The notes beneath the pieces were generated by a model. That model worked only from the letters and a program-made list of their open reading frames with translations, was not told where the DNA came from and searched no databases. Below are positions 42,332 to 52,985 of a stretch of DNA of 64,000 bases, one piece after another. Source of the stretch: an uncultured Nitrososphaerales archaeon (GTDB taxonomy: Archaea; Thermoproteota; Nitrososphaeria; Nitrososphaerales; Nitrososphaeraceae). Location: NCBI GenBank assembly GCA_963709405.1, contig CAVPXM010000021.1, positions 64,001 to 128,000 of the forward strand, written 5' to 3'. The position numbers and the translations under genes are program-made. Positions within the stretch are counted from its first letter, which is position 1. The number at the start of each line of letters is the position of its first letter.

Positions 42332-43015
42332 GGCTCTGTAAAGTTAAGATAACAAATTATTGTTATGATGACTAACAAATAGATCCAACCATTTTTGTAT
42401 GTGTTGCAATTTACACTTACTTTTTCTACAAGGAAAATAATCATCGAAATATTCTGTTCTATCTTTGATGTATTGTACCGTCCTTTCTATGATACTTTTC
42501 TCATATGGAGAATGGATGTGATGGTGCAGTCTCAAGAATCTACAAGCCTGTGGATACCATGTACCTCCGTCAGTTGAAACAGGATGTTCTCCATATCTTT
42601 TTACAAGGTTTAATATAAAACGTTCTGCAACAAACATGTTTCTCTCTTTCTTTGGATATGCTTATTTGAAGGATTTCTCGGTTATCATTCATTTTCAATG
42701 GCTATCCATAACCAGATATATTCGGAACCAACTTTAATGATAGTTTCATCAATTATAAATTCAGTAATACGTAACTTTCTGGAACTTACCATCTCTCGTT
42801 TATATTTTTGAATCCAGTCTCTTATTGCAGTATGGCTCCTTTTAACAAATCGTGACACAGCTTTGGATGTATTTCTTAGTGAAAGACCAAGGAAATACAG
42901 ATACAGAGAATATGCTATATCCTCAGGGTTCTGTTCTCTTTCTTATTTGACACATCATAACCTATATCGGAGTCATAAAGTTATAGATTTTTGGTTCTGT
43001 TAACTTGATGGGCCC
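42332..43015 (-). mobile_element. IS6-family element with pseudogenised transposase
   Basis: HTAIRDWIQ, IIDET, STDGGTWYPQAC and IKDRTE fragments with frameshifts; imperfect IRs GGCTCTGTAAAGTTAA / TTAACTTGATGGGCCC. Confidence 0.88.
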
Positions 43016-43053
43016 TGATAATGGGTGTTAACTATCGGGTCATAATTTCGAAA

Positions 43054-43661
43054 TCAAACCGACTCAGTCAACCTTGAATCTAGATTGATCAAATCTCCTT
43101 TAGAGGCATTAAATTCATTTTTTAATCGGACTCTTAATTTTGAAAGGTCACTCAAATACCAGCTATCAACCTTCCAGTATCTAGGAGATTCTTCCGTTAC
43201 AGCGACATCTAGGAGCAGATGCCTAGCATCAGATTTTATTTTATCACCTTTCGTATAATAGAAATACCTGAATCCTGAGTTCAATTTGACAGATGAAGTT
43301 TTCATTTCAAGGTATGTAATCGAGTCTTTATATGAGATTTCTATATCCGGATAACCGGTTTTACCAAGCCTTTTTACTAATAATGGTAGTTTATTCATTT
43401 CATTAACTATCGATTCCTCAATCCTTCTTCCAACCTCATTGACACGACTACCTTGATATCTTGATCGAGTGGAGGTAGATGTTTTCAGAAATCCTCCTAA
43501 TATGCTTTTGAGGAGATCGATAAGATTCTTATCCGTAGATTTACTAAGATCCACTGGGAATACGTCATAGCCAGTAGATTCCTTAATTAATAATGGAAAT
43601 TCGACTTTACCTATTTGCTCGGAGAGGCCAAAGACACTATGTAGTAAATCTCTTCTACCAT
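43054..43661 (-). CDS. putative type II restriction endonuclease (PD-(D/E)XK), 5' end frameshifted
   Basis: NEVGRRIE..GYPDIEI..YLEMKT. The reading frame stays open upstream of 43554 (DLLHSVFGLSEQIGKVEFPLLIKESTGY), with off-frame ATGs at 43661 and 43667. Lies downstream of a DNA methyltransferase. Confidence 0.7.
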
Positions 43662-43734
43662 TTTCATACTGTCAATGTATTTACAATATATAAATATAAT
43701 AAATCCTTTATGTCAATTCATCGTCATTTGAAAG

Positions 43735-44569
43735 TTATGTTTCCATATAACGAGAAATTCGTTGTTTAGCTATTCCGATATATTGTGAATCTATCTCGGT
43801 TCCTATATAGTTAACCTTAAGATGAATACAAGCCAGAGCGGTACTACCTATACCCATGAAAGGATCGTAAACAAGCATATTCTTTTTAATTCCATGTAAT
43901 TCTATACAGCGTTCAGGTAGCTTAACTGGAAAGACTGCCGGATGTGGCCTGGCTTCCTGAATTGTTGGATAAGGTATGAACCATACGTTGCCTCTATCCC
44001 TTCTATCTTTAGTCGCAGTCTTCCATCTACCAATATTCGTTTTGTCTTGGTAGGTTACACCAACCTGTAATTTGTCTAGTTTTACATTCCCAGTTTTAGT
44101 AAAATGAAAGATATATTCATGAAGATCACTTAGGTATCTGTCACTAACTATTGGTTTGAAATGACCAATGGATATATTGTCACTGTTACGAAGTCTGTTA
44201 TTCCTACCAATATCCTCTGGATCAAATGAAACAGATTTTATCCAGTGAATTGTGTTTTGTAAGTTGAAGCCGATATTCTCAGTAAGGCTTACGACTAAGT
44301 CAAAAGGTAACTCCGGGTCAGAAGGCCGGCCAGATATATTCAGAAAAAAAGATCCATTATTTTTCATAATAGATTTGATTTTTTTAACCTACCTTCTCTA
44401 ACCAAGTTAAGTAATCATCTCTTTTTTTATTATCCTCGTATAATCCATATTCTTTATTTATGTTATATGGAGGAGAAGTTACAACGACATCTACTAACAT
44501 GTTTTGACTCCTCAACTTATCCATGAAAACGAGACAATCTTCCTGATATATCTGGTTTATATCTATCAT
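43735..44569 (-). CDS. beta-class amino DNA methyltransferase, probably N4-cytosine (frameshift near 44386)
   Basis: DVVVTSPPY near the N-terminus; HPAVFP and VYDPFMGIGST near the C-terminus. The halves join after removing one base at GGT-TAAAAAAA-TC. Confidence 0.9.
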
Positions 44570-45693
44570 TATAGAATACCTTTTTTCGCATTCTGAATTA
44601 AGGTGACCCACTTATTATCCCCTTCTATTCTGACACCACATTTCTCAGCCGGAGTTGCGTTTCCTATACCTTCGTGTGGACGGACATAGTTATGATATAA
44701 TTGATATCCAGCTAATACAGTAGTATCGACTTTCTTTAGTCCACGCATGACTTTCTCTCTGTCACGCACTTCGCCGTTCAGTCTTTCCATTTTGTTATTA
44801 TTATGGTCACCTTGGAGTCTGATGTGTCGTATGTGTCTACTCTTCGGACTCTTGAGCGTAGCAAATTCTTCTTTGAACGCTTGAATATAATTAGGCGCAC
44901 CATCACTAATTAAGACGTTGGGTCGTTTACCAGTTACCTCTTTCGCCTTTCTAAATAATGGTCTAATGTCAGCAGTGTATTTCGTACCTGAGACTTGCTG
45001 CGCAATCCAGAATCTCGTATCATCGTCCATCAATGCATACATGTATTTCATATCGCCCTTTATCTTTACATATAATTCGTCGGTACGCCAAGCGTTACCC
45101 AATGACGGCGACTTAATTTTCTCTACATAGCTCTGCATTAGAGTAACGTATTTTCTGATCCACTTATAGACTGCAACATGGCTTACGTTAACGCCGCGCA
45201 GTTTTAAGAATCTCATCACATTGCGGAAGGATTCACCTGTAAAATAGAGTTGCATGGCAGACGTAATAGCATCCGGCGGGGCGCGCATCTTCTCAAAGCC
45301 CATATTAAATGAGAACCTCTTACCACAATCTTTGCACAAATATCTCTGTATATCGTATTGCTTATTCCGTCTTATAGGCTTTTTCACAATCCGCTCTGAA
45401 TTACAGTAGCGGCAGGCTAACTGCGATATAGGTCTGATAATTACTTCTTCTCTTACGGTCTCACGAATGGCAGAACTAAACTCGACGGCGTAGATATGCT
45501 TGCATTTTACTCCACGAAATTTATGGTCAGGGCATGAACATGTCCAACCAAGTTTAGTCAGGATGACTTTATACTTACCATTACCAGACTGTGATTTAAC
45601 TAGATAGCGAGATTCATTATACCTGTTTATAGACCTCTTGGCAGTAGCAATAACTTGACCACGCTTCTGCCTATCATCGATGCTAGTAGACAC
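44569..45693 (-). CDS. IS6-like DDE transposase with N-terminal SWIM and Zn-ribbon domains, intact
   Basis: SWIM CSCPD..CKH, ribbon CRYC..CKDC, HVAVYKWI, TDE, ISDG, NNNKMERLNG and HNYVRPH motifs. Confidence 0.9.
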   Translation of the reverse strand: MSTSIDDRQKRGQVIATAKRSINRYNESRYLVKSQSGNGKYKVILTKLGWTCSCPDHKFRGVKCKHIYAVEFSSAIRETVREEVIIRPISQLACRYCNSERIVKKPIRRNKQYDIQRYLCKDCGKRFSFNMGFEKMRAPPDAITSAMQLYFTGESFRNVMRFLKLRGVNVSHVAVYKWIRKYVTLMQSYVEKIKSPSLGNAWRTDELYVKIKGDMKYMYALMDDDTRFWIAQQVSGTKYTADIRPLFRKAKEVTGKRPNVLISDGAPNYIQAFKEEFATLKSPKSRHIRHIRLQGDHNNNKMERLNGEVRDREKVMRGLKKVDTTVLAGYQLYHNYVRPHEGIGNATPAEKCGVRIEGDNKWVTLIQNAKKGIL

Positions 45694-45775
45694 ATATGTG
45701 TATTATACACATATCCATATAAGTATTGTGGTTATGTGGATAATCTTATTAAGTGGTTATATGTATAATATGTAT
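45694..45775. promoter_or_regulatory. divergent promoter region with palindromic operator-like sites
   Basis: Perfect ATATGTGTAT-T-ATACACATAT at 45694-45714; near-mirror TATATGTATAATA before the RHH start; ATCCATATAA / TTATGTGGAT pair. Confidence 0.65.
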
Positions 45776-45925
45776 ATGGGTAGAATCGATATTAACTTAC
45801 CCGATGACCTTGAGAATAAATTACGTATGGAGGTTGGTCGACGTATGGGAGCTAAACGTGGCGCGCTTACACTAGAATTTAGAAATAGTAAATATGAGCA
45901 TGTAATACACGGCACGACATTGTGA
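45776..45925 (+). CDS. ribbon-helix-helix (CopG-like) regulator, C-terminus possibly truncated
   Basis: MGRIDINLPDDLENKLRMEVGRRMGAKRGALT: alternating beta strand followed by LPDDL helix. Confidence 0.7.
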   Translation: MGRIDINLPDDLENKLRMEVGRRMGAKRGALTLEFRNSKYEHVIHGTTL

Positions 45926-47034
45926 TACTAATTATAGTGGCAATTCATTGGTAGCACCACGCCACGATGTTTTAGCATTTTCTAGTCCCTTAACTGGGTC
46001 GCACGAAAAGAATAAACGCCGATCCATTTATTGGAGCTATCATAATATCCAGACAAGTCCTCTTCTCATCAAGGTGGCACAATTAAAATAGATTTGACCT
46101 AGTTAGGTGTTCACCACAATATTTATTCAAATTATTTACGACCAGTTAACGACAACTACGTTTTAATCGCCTGTTTGTTTTCGGGAGTTGTATAATAAGA
46201 GACAATTCATTTGAATTCTATATTTGTCATATCGGATCTAATAGCAGAAGCGAACAAGGATGAAAACCCGGGTTAGTAAATGAGTGTCCTCATAGATTAA
46301 ACGAAATTTGAAGGGCATCATAGTGATATGATGATAGTCCATTACGTCAATAGCCAAACTAATGAATCTAACTAGCCATCAATTATCATCTTTATTACAT
46401 CAAACACAATTCAAATGTTTGCTTTTTGCACAGTTTGAACTAGGTGTAGATCAATTGCTAAATATGCTAGGTCGCTAGGCACAACTTTAATGACCAAAGA
46501 AATTATTCCATTTAGCATCGTGCGTTACCTTTAATTTTATTACACAGTCAACAAAGCAATACCAGAATTGGTCCCATGCGCAATTCATGTCTTCATTCGT
46601 TTAGATTTGACCGAAAAAGGGCTCATATTTTTGTGTATTGAAAGGAATATAGAGCTTCAGTACAGCCAAATATGGTTAATAAATTAGACAGAAATATTTG
46701 ATGATTCTGTGGCCAATATAGATGATATAATAAACTAATAGTAAACAAATAGCTCTGGGGGGAGTATGATATCCGGCAAGAGGAATTAGAAATGAACGCC
46801 CCTCCTCAGCTGGACAAAGGACCAGCATCGTTCAGATATCCTCATACAAGATGTAGACTTAATCGTCAAATTAATGCGAATATTTTTATCATATTTAGGT
46901 AAAATTTATCTGTATGAATTTACAGCATTAATTTCCTTAAGTTAAATATAGTACTAAATAATGATTGCTATTGAAGTATCACGTTACAGGGTAATTGCTA
47001 TCGTCATATTGGTAATATTCCACGTTATTCACTT

Positions 47035-47376
47035 TTGATCTCTTCAGTATTATTGTTGCTTGCTAATGTGATTTTTAACCTAGGAGGTAATTCAGACTAT
47101 GTGACTGCTAAACTATGCATTGATAACAATGATGGAGATAACACTCAGTCATGCAAATCTCAGAGAGCATCTGATAACAATAATGTTAGGGACGTTCCAA
47201 CATCATCTGGAGCTGATGACCCGACAAATCATATTAATCTAGATAAATTTAATGCACATGAACCTTTTAATCATGAGGGTGGTAATATAGATCATCATAA
47301 TACTGATAATCATAAGGACGGTGGAAATGGACACCATTCCAAAGATGATACTCCGTTCAGTTTACCCTTTCCTTAA
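47035..47376 (+). CDS. small secreted Asp/Asn/His-rich protein
   Basis: Hydrophobic N-terminus, Cys pair, polar body and TPFSLPFP C-terminus. Confidence 0.6.
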   Translation: MISSVLLLLANVIFNLGGNSDYVTAKLCIDNNDGDNTQSCKSQRASDNNNVRDVPTSSGADDPTNHINLDKFNAHEPFNHEGGNIDHHNTDNHKDGGNGHHSKDDTPFSLPFP

Positions 47377-47896
47377 CAGCTTGGATCATCGATCAAAGTA
47401 TTATGGATAATATCTTGCCGCAAGGAATCATCGTACATTTATACCTGAGTCGCCCCAATTAATGGACGGAACGAAGATTATTATACACACTATTTGTACT
47501 TGGATTACTACTTACTTACAACAAGTCACATCCTACTTAATTATGAATATATTTCGATACAATCAAATTTACATTGGCCACCACTCAAAGTATTGCATTA
47601 CGTGCTGTCAATAGAATTGCTATTGATTAATACCTATCATAGTGAATAAGTCAGATTGCTAACCTTGAATATAGCATTGAAGAGGTCATCTCTAGTAATA
47701 GGATTGTCAACAAAAATCGTGGTGGTGTGATGAGAACAAAGATGTGATTTCTTGGGATATCTGTGGTTAATTCAACTTCAAACGATCATTACCTTCCTAT
47801 TTTTACACGTTGTAATTAACAGAAAGCTAGCGATCCCCGCAGATCTCATGGTCTGTGCTCATAGTAATTTGTAAATAAAAGTGAATTCAAACCCAA

Positions 47897-48490
47897 TTAC
47901 AAGGATAGACTAAGTGTATATGGTTCTTGTTCAGTTTGATTAGAGTTGGCACTCGTTACTATAGAAGCAGATGAGGCGGGAGAACTGATAATACCTTTTT
48001 GACAAGAATACGTGTCCCCAAAATTGTCAGAGTGCACTAGAATCTTTATACACGCTGTATATTCATCTCCAGGTTTGACTACTCCATGAGGAAATGTTAT
48101 TGGAACATGAATAATGCCGTCACCGTCGTCTTCGGGATCAAGGAGCGCTATTGGATTGATGTTATATGCCACAGTTTGATTATTAACAGTTACCCAAACT
48201 TGTGCCATTTTATCGGAGTAATCTATCCCTCTGATCTTCAGGTTTATTGTGAACGTGTCTTTGCCACTTTCTGCCAATGAATGAGAGGAATCAGACAAAG
48301 GTGTGGTTGGAGTTACGGGTGTAATTGCTTTTGATGTATCTTGATTTCCAGGTAATTGGGCAAATGCGTATGGCTGTGAATTAAACAAGACACCGTAATT
48401 GCTCGTGATCATCGTTACAGCAACAATCAGTATAAATATTGCCGAAGGCGACAGAGCAAGGTTCCTGTTGTAACTTGAAGAGCATGACAT
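47897..48490 (-). CDS. secreted hypothetical protein, beta-sandwich-like
   Basis: Signal ending YAFAQ; VKPGDEYTACI..SCQKG Cys pair. Confidence 0.7.
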   Translation of the reverse strand: MSCSSSYNRNLALSPSAIFILIVAVTMITSNYGVLFNSQPYAFAQLPGNQDTSKAITPVTPTTPLSDSSHSLAESGKDTFTINLKIRGIDYSDKMAQVWVTVNNQTVAYNINPIALLDPEDDGDGIIHVPITFPHGVVKPGDEYTACIKILVHSDNFGDTYSCQKGIISSPASSASIVTSANSNQTEQEPYTLSLSL

Positions 48491-48709
48491 TAGAATCTAA
48501 TCACGCGATTTACATTTTATACAAACTGCTAAATTATTACAGATAATATTATCGATATTGTTTATTACTGGATTTTACCTATGGACTAATCATACAAAGA
48601 TGGGCTTTTCGCCTAGACATATGATATTTTTACCCAACTTATCTACTGTACAGTTAGATTCTAGATCATAATGCAAAAGCGTTAAATGACTTAATATCTT
48701 TAAAAAATT

Positions 48710-48828
48710 GCCGGGGTACCCGAAGCTAGGCAAGTCAACGACCCTAATAGGGGTCAGCCTCGAGATCTATCGTTTAAGGGCAAGCTGATGTCCTTCGGGA
48801 CCCGTGGGTTCGAGTCCCACTCCCGGCG
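48710..48828 (+). tRNA. tRNA-Ser(CGA) with two introns (D-loop 48733-48748; anticodon loop 48765-48782)
   Basis: Acceptor GCCGGGG/TCCCGGC-G, anticodon stem TCAGC/GCTGA, variable arm GTCC-TTCG-GGAC, T arm GTGGG-TTCGAGT-CCCAC; BHB TAGG/CCTA in the D-loop. Confidence 0.9.
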
Positions 48829-49944
48829 CTAGACTAAGATATTCTCATCATAAGCTGATTTACATATTATCGAATATTTTTTTTGTAAGAATTTACTACT
48901 GAAACAACAGGAATAGATCTAAAATGCTTTCCTATAGGACGATATATTAACGTCTGTAAGGACTAACTGAACACGGTGACGTTTTCAATTATCGTATAGT
49001 CAGCAGTCCTTACATGGAAAGCCTCTATTAGTAGACAAAGTATGAGTCTTGAATCGTGGCGTTAAGATAGCCACAATCATTATCGTTGTTATCTTCATAG
49101 GCTAGTGGATCGCAAAGCGACATCAATCAGAAGTAAAATAAGTATATGCCATGAATTAACAGTGAGTAGTTAGTAGCCAGTTTATCATACGATATTTTCT
49201 TTTTGATAGGCGAGGTGACTAATAATAACTTTTTTTCTAGCTCCTGTTCAACCATGTCACCAAATCTGTAAGCCAGGGGTCGAAATTATTCAGGATAACA
49301 GATGTGCTAGTGGAACATTGCTTGCACGAATTGCATATTCACAGATAGCAACATCTTAGAGAGCCAATTATAAATAATCCATTTGGTCCCAAACGTACGA
49401 TAACCTTGTTTCCGTTTGCTGTTGATCGTTATAGAATGATTTCCTATAATGTTAAGAGTATTTTGCATAGCTTGGCGTGGCGTCAGGCCATGAGATTTTC
49501 TGTTTTTTAATTGATTAATATCTTGATGGGAGGAACTCAGTTAGTATAATGCAATTTCTCTTTCCTATCTCTAGTTCTAATTGCAATCGTTTATACTTCT
49601 AAATAAGAAATAATACCAGCCAATATTCAAAATTGACGATGATGTTTTCAAAGAACGATCAAATCAATTGCTTAGCGGCAATAATTGCAGGAATCAAGTC
49701 TTGCAGTGAGAAATGCCAGAAAAATATCTCCCGAAGAGAACAAACTGAAATCTGAAGCTTTAGCCTATTCTCCAAACAACCGCATATATTTACAAAAACC
49801 ATCTCTCATCCCAAAATTATCAACATGGGATTTAGATATACAGTCATAAGCATTGATAAGACCCAAACAATATATCATAAGCACAGGTTATGAAACATGT
49901 TTCGAAAAAAAGAGAAAAATATAGGAAAATATTTTCTTATATTT

Positions 49945-49995
49945 TTACTTCTTACCTTTAGAAGCTTTCTTTACAGATTTTTTCTTTGCTGCCAT
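49945..49995 (-). CDS. 16-aa Lys-rich micropeptide MAAKKKSVKKASKGKK
   Basis: TATA box CTTATATA 25 nt upstream of the ATG and a U-rich terminator-like tract after the stop. Confidence 0.65.
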   Translation of the reverse strand: MAAKKKSVKKASKGKK

Positions 49996-50637
49996 CAGCT
50001 AATCATTGTGGTCTGTTCAGTATATAAGCCTTATTGAATTAATTATGGTTTGTCTAGTTCCTTTTTTAGAGAACAATAATTTGTTTGTTTTTGCAGGTTG
50101 ATGATACAACAATGATTGGAATGCAAGGATTGTGTAACATTTTGGGCGACTTTTATTCTTTGGATTCTATGAAACGGGACATCAATCGAATTTCATTATT
50201 CATCGGCCGAAAATGTAGCTAAACGATTAACAAACGCAAACCAAGCATAACCTACTATCAAATACTATGCGATACAAATCCACATTTTGAGACTCATAAA
50301 TATTCGAAGGGTGGTAAATTGCGATATAAATGAGCCACACATCGTATCCTGCGTCATACAGATACTCTGACAGTTTGATCACTCCTTCCGCACTTTTTGT
50401 CACTAACTAATAGAATGACCATAGATAACTATGTCCGCCGAGTACAGAACTACGAACCTCATTATCTTTCTACTAGGAAGTAATCATAATTTCGCGTTTC
50501 TTATATCATGTGCACAATTCTTTCGCATCCGAAATCATTCGCGTTCGATAGCGTATTATATATGGCGTTACCATAGCTTCGGATAAATTATTTCAAGGAA
50601 ATCAAGCTTATATTTTGACTTTTTACATTTTATAGCA

Positions 50638-50738
50638 GTGGTGGTAGAAAGGAAGACTGATGGCAGCAAAGAAAGCCTCATAGGCGCCTTTACATTATTA
50701 TCGCCAGAGACATACTTTTAATCTTCCTCTACCACTAC
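50638..50738 (+). other. long stem-loop enclosing a mini-ORF MAAKKAS*
   Basis: GTGGTGGTAGAAAGGAAGA (50638-50656) pairs with TCTTCCTCTACCACTAC (50722-50738); TATA-like CTTATAT at 50607. Confidence 0.4.
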
Positions 50739-51420
50739 CTGGTAGTTATATGGATAGGCCTAGAATAAAAATTGATGCTATTCATAATTTTTAGGGGTTG
50801 AACACCATTATATGAAAAATTGCTTTATTTTTTATTGATTGATGGTATTCGTACCAAAACAGCTTATAGAAAATGGATGTTTATATTTATAAAAAATAAT
50901 ATAAAAACTATAAATAGTGCAAGAAAAAATGATATATTACATCAATATCTGTGCCTTCATTTATCTTTTTTGAATATCTGGAAGTTGAGATTCTCTTGGA
51001 TCTGACTAGCCATTTTTCTACTATATTCTATTGGGACGAACTCTCCTATCTTGCCTTGAAATTAATCCTTAACCTTCTAATTTCAAATAGGTTAGATAGT
51101 CCAGATAGTGGGTTGCGATCGCATAGAAAATAGGCAGTAATGTGCATAGCGAGATTTGTACGTACCGCCTACCCCGCACGACAAGTATTCAGGCCTAGCC
51201 AAGGGATCCAGCATAATCTTCCTATGTGAACGTCGAAAAAAGAATAGAATATCAGAAGGATGGAGCTGGGTATGATCGCACGAGAGGATGGCTTGGAAAT
51301 TAAGTCTCTCACGACTGACAAATTCGATTTAGGTTGACATATGATGGATGTCAAGTTCTATACTGAATTTCTTAATTTCAAAGGAACGAATCTATTGGGT
51401 GAACACGAAGCCATATTTTA

Positions 51421-52985
51421 TTAAAGGATCCCGAAATCAGGTGGCAATGTTTCAACGTCTTTTGCGGGTGGATCTGTGGTATCTGTTAGCCCTTTAAGGT
51501 TTATACGATAGTAATCGAGCCTATCTGGGTCATACTTTTGCACAATTTCTATAGTTTCACCTCTGTCTTTTCTACTCATTATCACGATGCGATGGACGTA
51601 ACTAGTTACAAAGCCGTATCCTCTGTTTCTTGCTTCTTTAAGAAACTCTGACCTAAGAATATGGCCACCAGCTTCTCCCCAATAACCAGATTTGATCCCA
51701 ATCCATTCCATAAATGCAGTATTCCTTTTCCCTAAATTACAATCGTATGTGCCTCGTCTGAGTTCATATGCTTCCAGTGGCCCTCCTTTTACATAACCAA
51801 CAATTTCACCATTATTGTCTTCGACCCTCAAAACAATTAAAATCGTCCTAATATTAGATAGCGATTTCTTGAACTTCTTCTGATTAATAGGTGGTACTGG
51901 AAGGGGTAACTCTCTGTATATCTTCAGAATCGCTTCTCTTACGTAAGAATTCATACTACTCTCACATTTTTCTATTCTAATTGGCACTAGGCGCGTTTCA
52001 TTCCTTCTAATTGATGCTCTTATCCTATTTTCTTCTTCCCAAGCTTCCTTGAAGCCTTCTATGTTATCAAGGAAATTCCTTTTGTACATTTCAGGGACAA
52101 ATTTTAGAACACATTCGACCATCTCCTTCTCGTCCTTCAAAATACTAAAATATCGTACAGATTCTTCATTTATTCGTGATGGATGCCAACCTAATGCGTG
52201 AGCGTTGCGACGTGCAAGATCTCGGGCATGTTCAAAGTCGCCCAAAGCATAACCTGCTATACGTTCTGACACGGACAGAAACCACCCCAGATATTTATAG
52301 TGCTCTCTCGTTTCATAGTCATATTCTGCAATACCCGCACGAGTGAACAAGTCCTGAATCCTGATCATGGCATGCTCGGCTATCTTATCTCTGAAAGGAT
52401 ACGCGGTACGATGTATTAGCACGAATAAAATATCAATATTTATTCCAACATCATCAACAGATTTTTTTATGGTATTATCATTTCTCACGAACCTTTCAAC
52501 AGAATCCTCGTGAGGCTTATCGAATTGCTTAACTGGATCATAGTCATGGAAAAGTGCAGCTACAAATAAATAAATTAGATCCTCTTGGTCAAATGTATAT
52601 CCTTGTTTGTAATGATCATTCGCTGCCAATCAAAGTGAAATACGCAGCTTCGAGTTCATGTTGAATGTTGTGATAACCATAATAATCCGCACCGAGTCCC
52701 TTTTTTGAAAATTCCGATACTGCATGTCGTATCAATGCTGCAGTCCATTTGTCCTGAAATCCGATATCTGAAGTCAATTCTAATATCCTTTTCTTCAGGA
52801 CTGCGAGCTTCTGCTACCCCTATATTGTATTTCAGCCACCATGGAAGTAATTTAATTCGTTTATAAACTTCATATTGCCACTGTAATCGTTGGACTAGAG
52901 GATTGGTTACAGTGGGGCCTTCTTTGCCAGTAGTATTGTTACCAGCAAGCTCACAATCAACATTGTCGTCTCGTTCTTTGGTCAA
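51421..52985 (-). CDS. HD-domain protein with C-terminal GNAT-like domain (frameshifts near 52799 and 52630)
   Basis: Rejoined frames give YGYHNIQHELE..AALFHDYD..HE, then IVGYVKGGPLE and GIKSGYWGEAGGHILR. Confidence 0.8.

Noticed and set aside
44376-44390. Phase variation of the methyltransferase at a T7 tract
   Set aside because: The tract is short and similar 1-nt indels occur throughout the window, so error is more parsimonious.
48710-48828. tRNA-Ser as an attachment site for an integrated element
   Set aside because: No integrase and no duplicated tRNA end seen in the window; the same holds for tRNA-Leu.
50657-50686. Hammerhead-like CTGATG..GAAA
   Set aside because: The core reads CUGAUGG rather than CUGANGA, with no stem II and no UH cleavage site.
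50820-51354. Three ORFs of about 60 aa in AT-rich DNA
   Set aside because: No motifs and composition consistent with chance ORFs.
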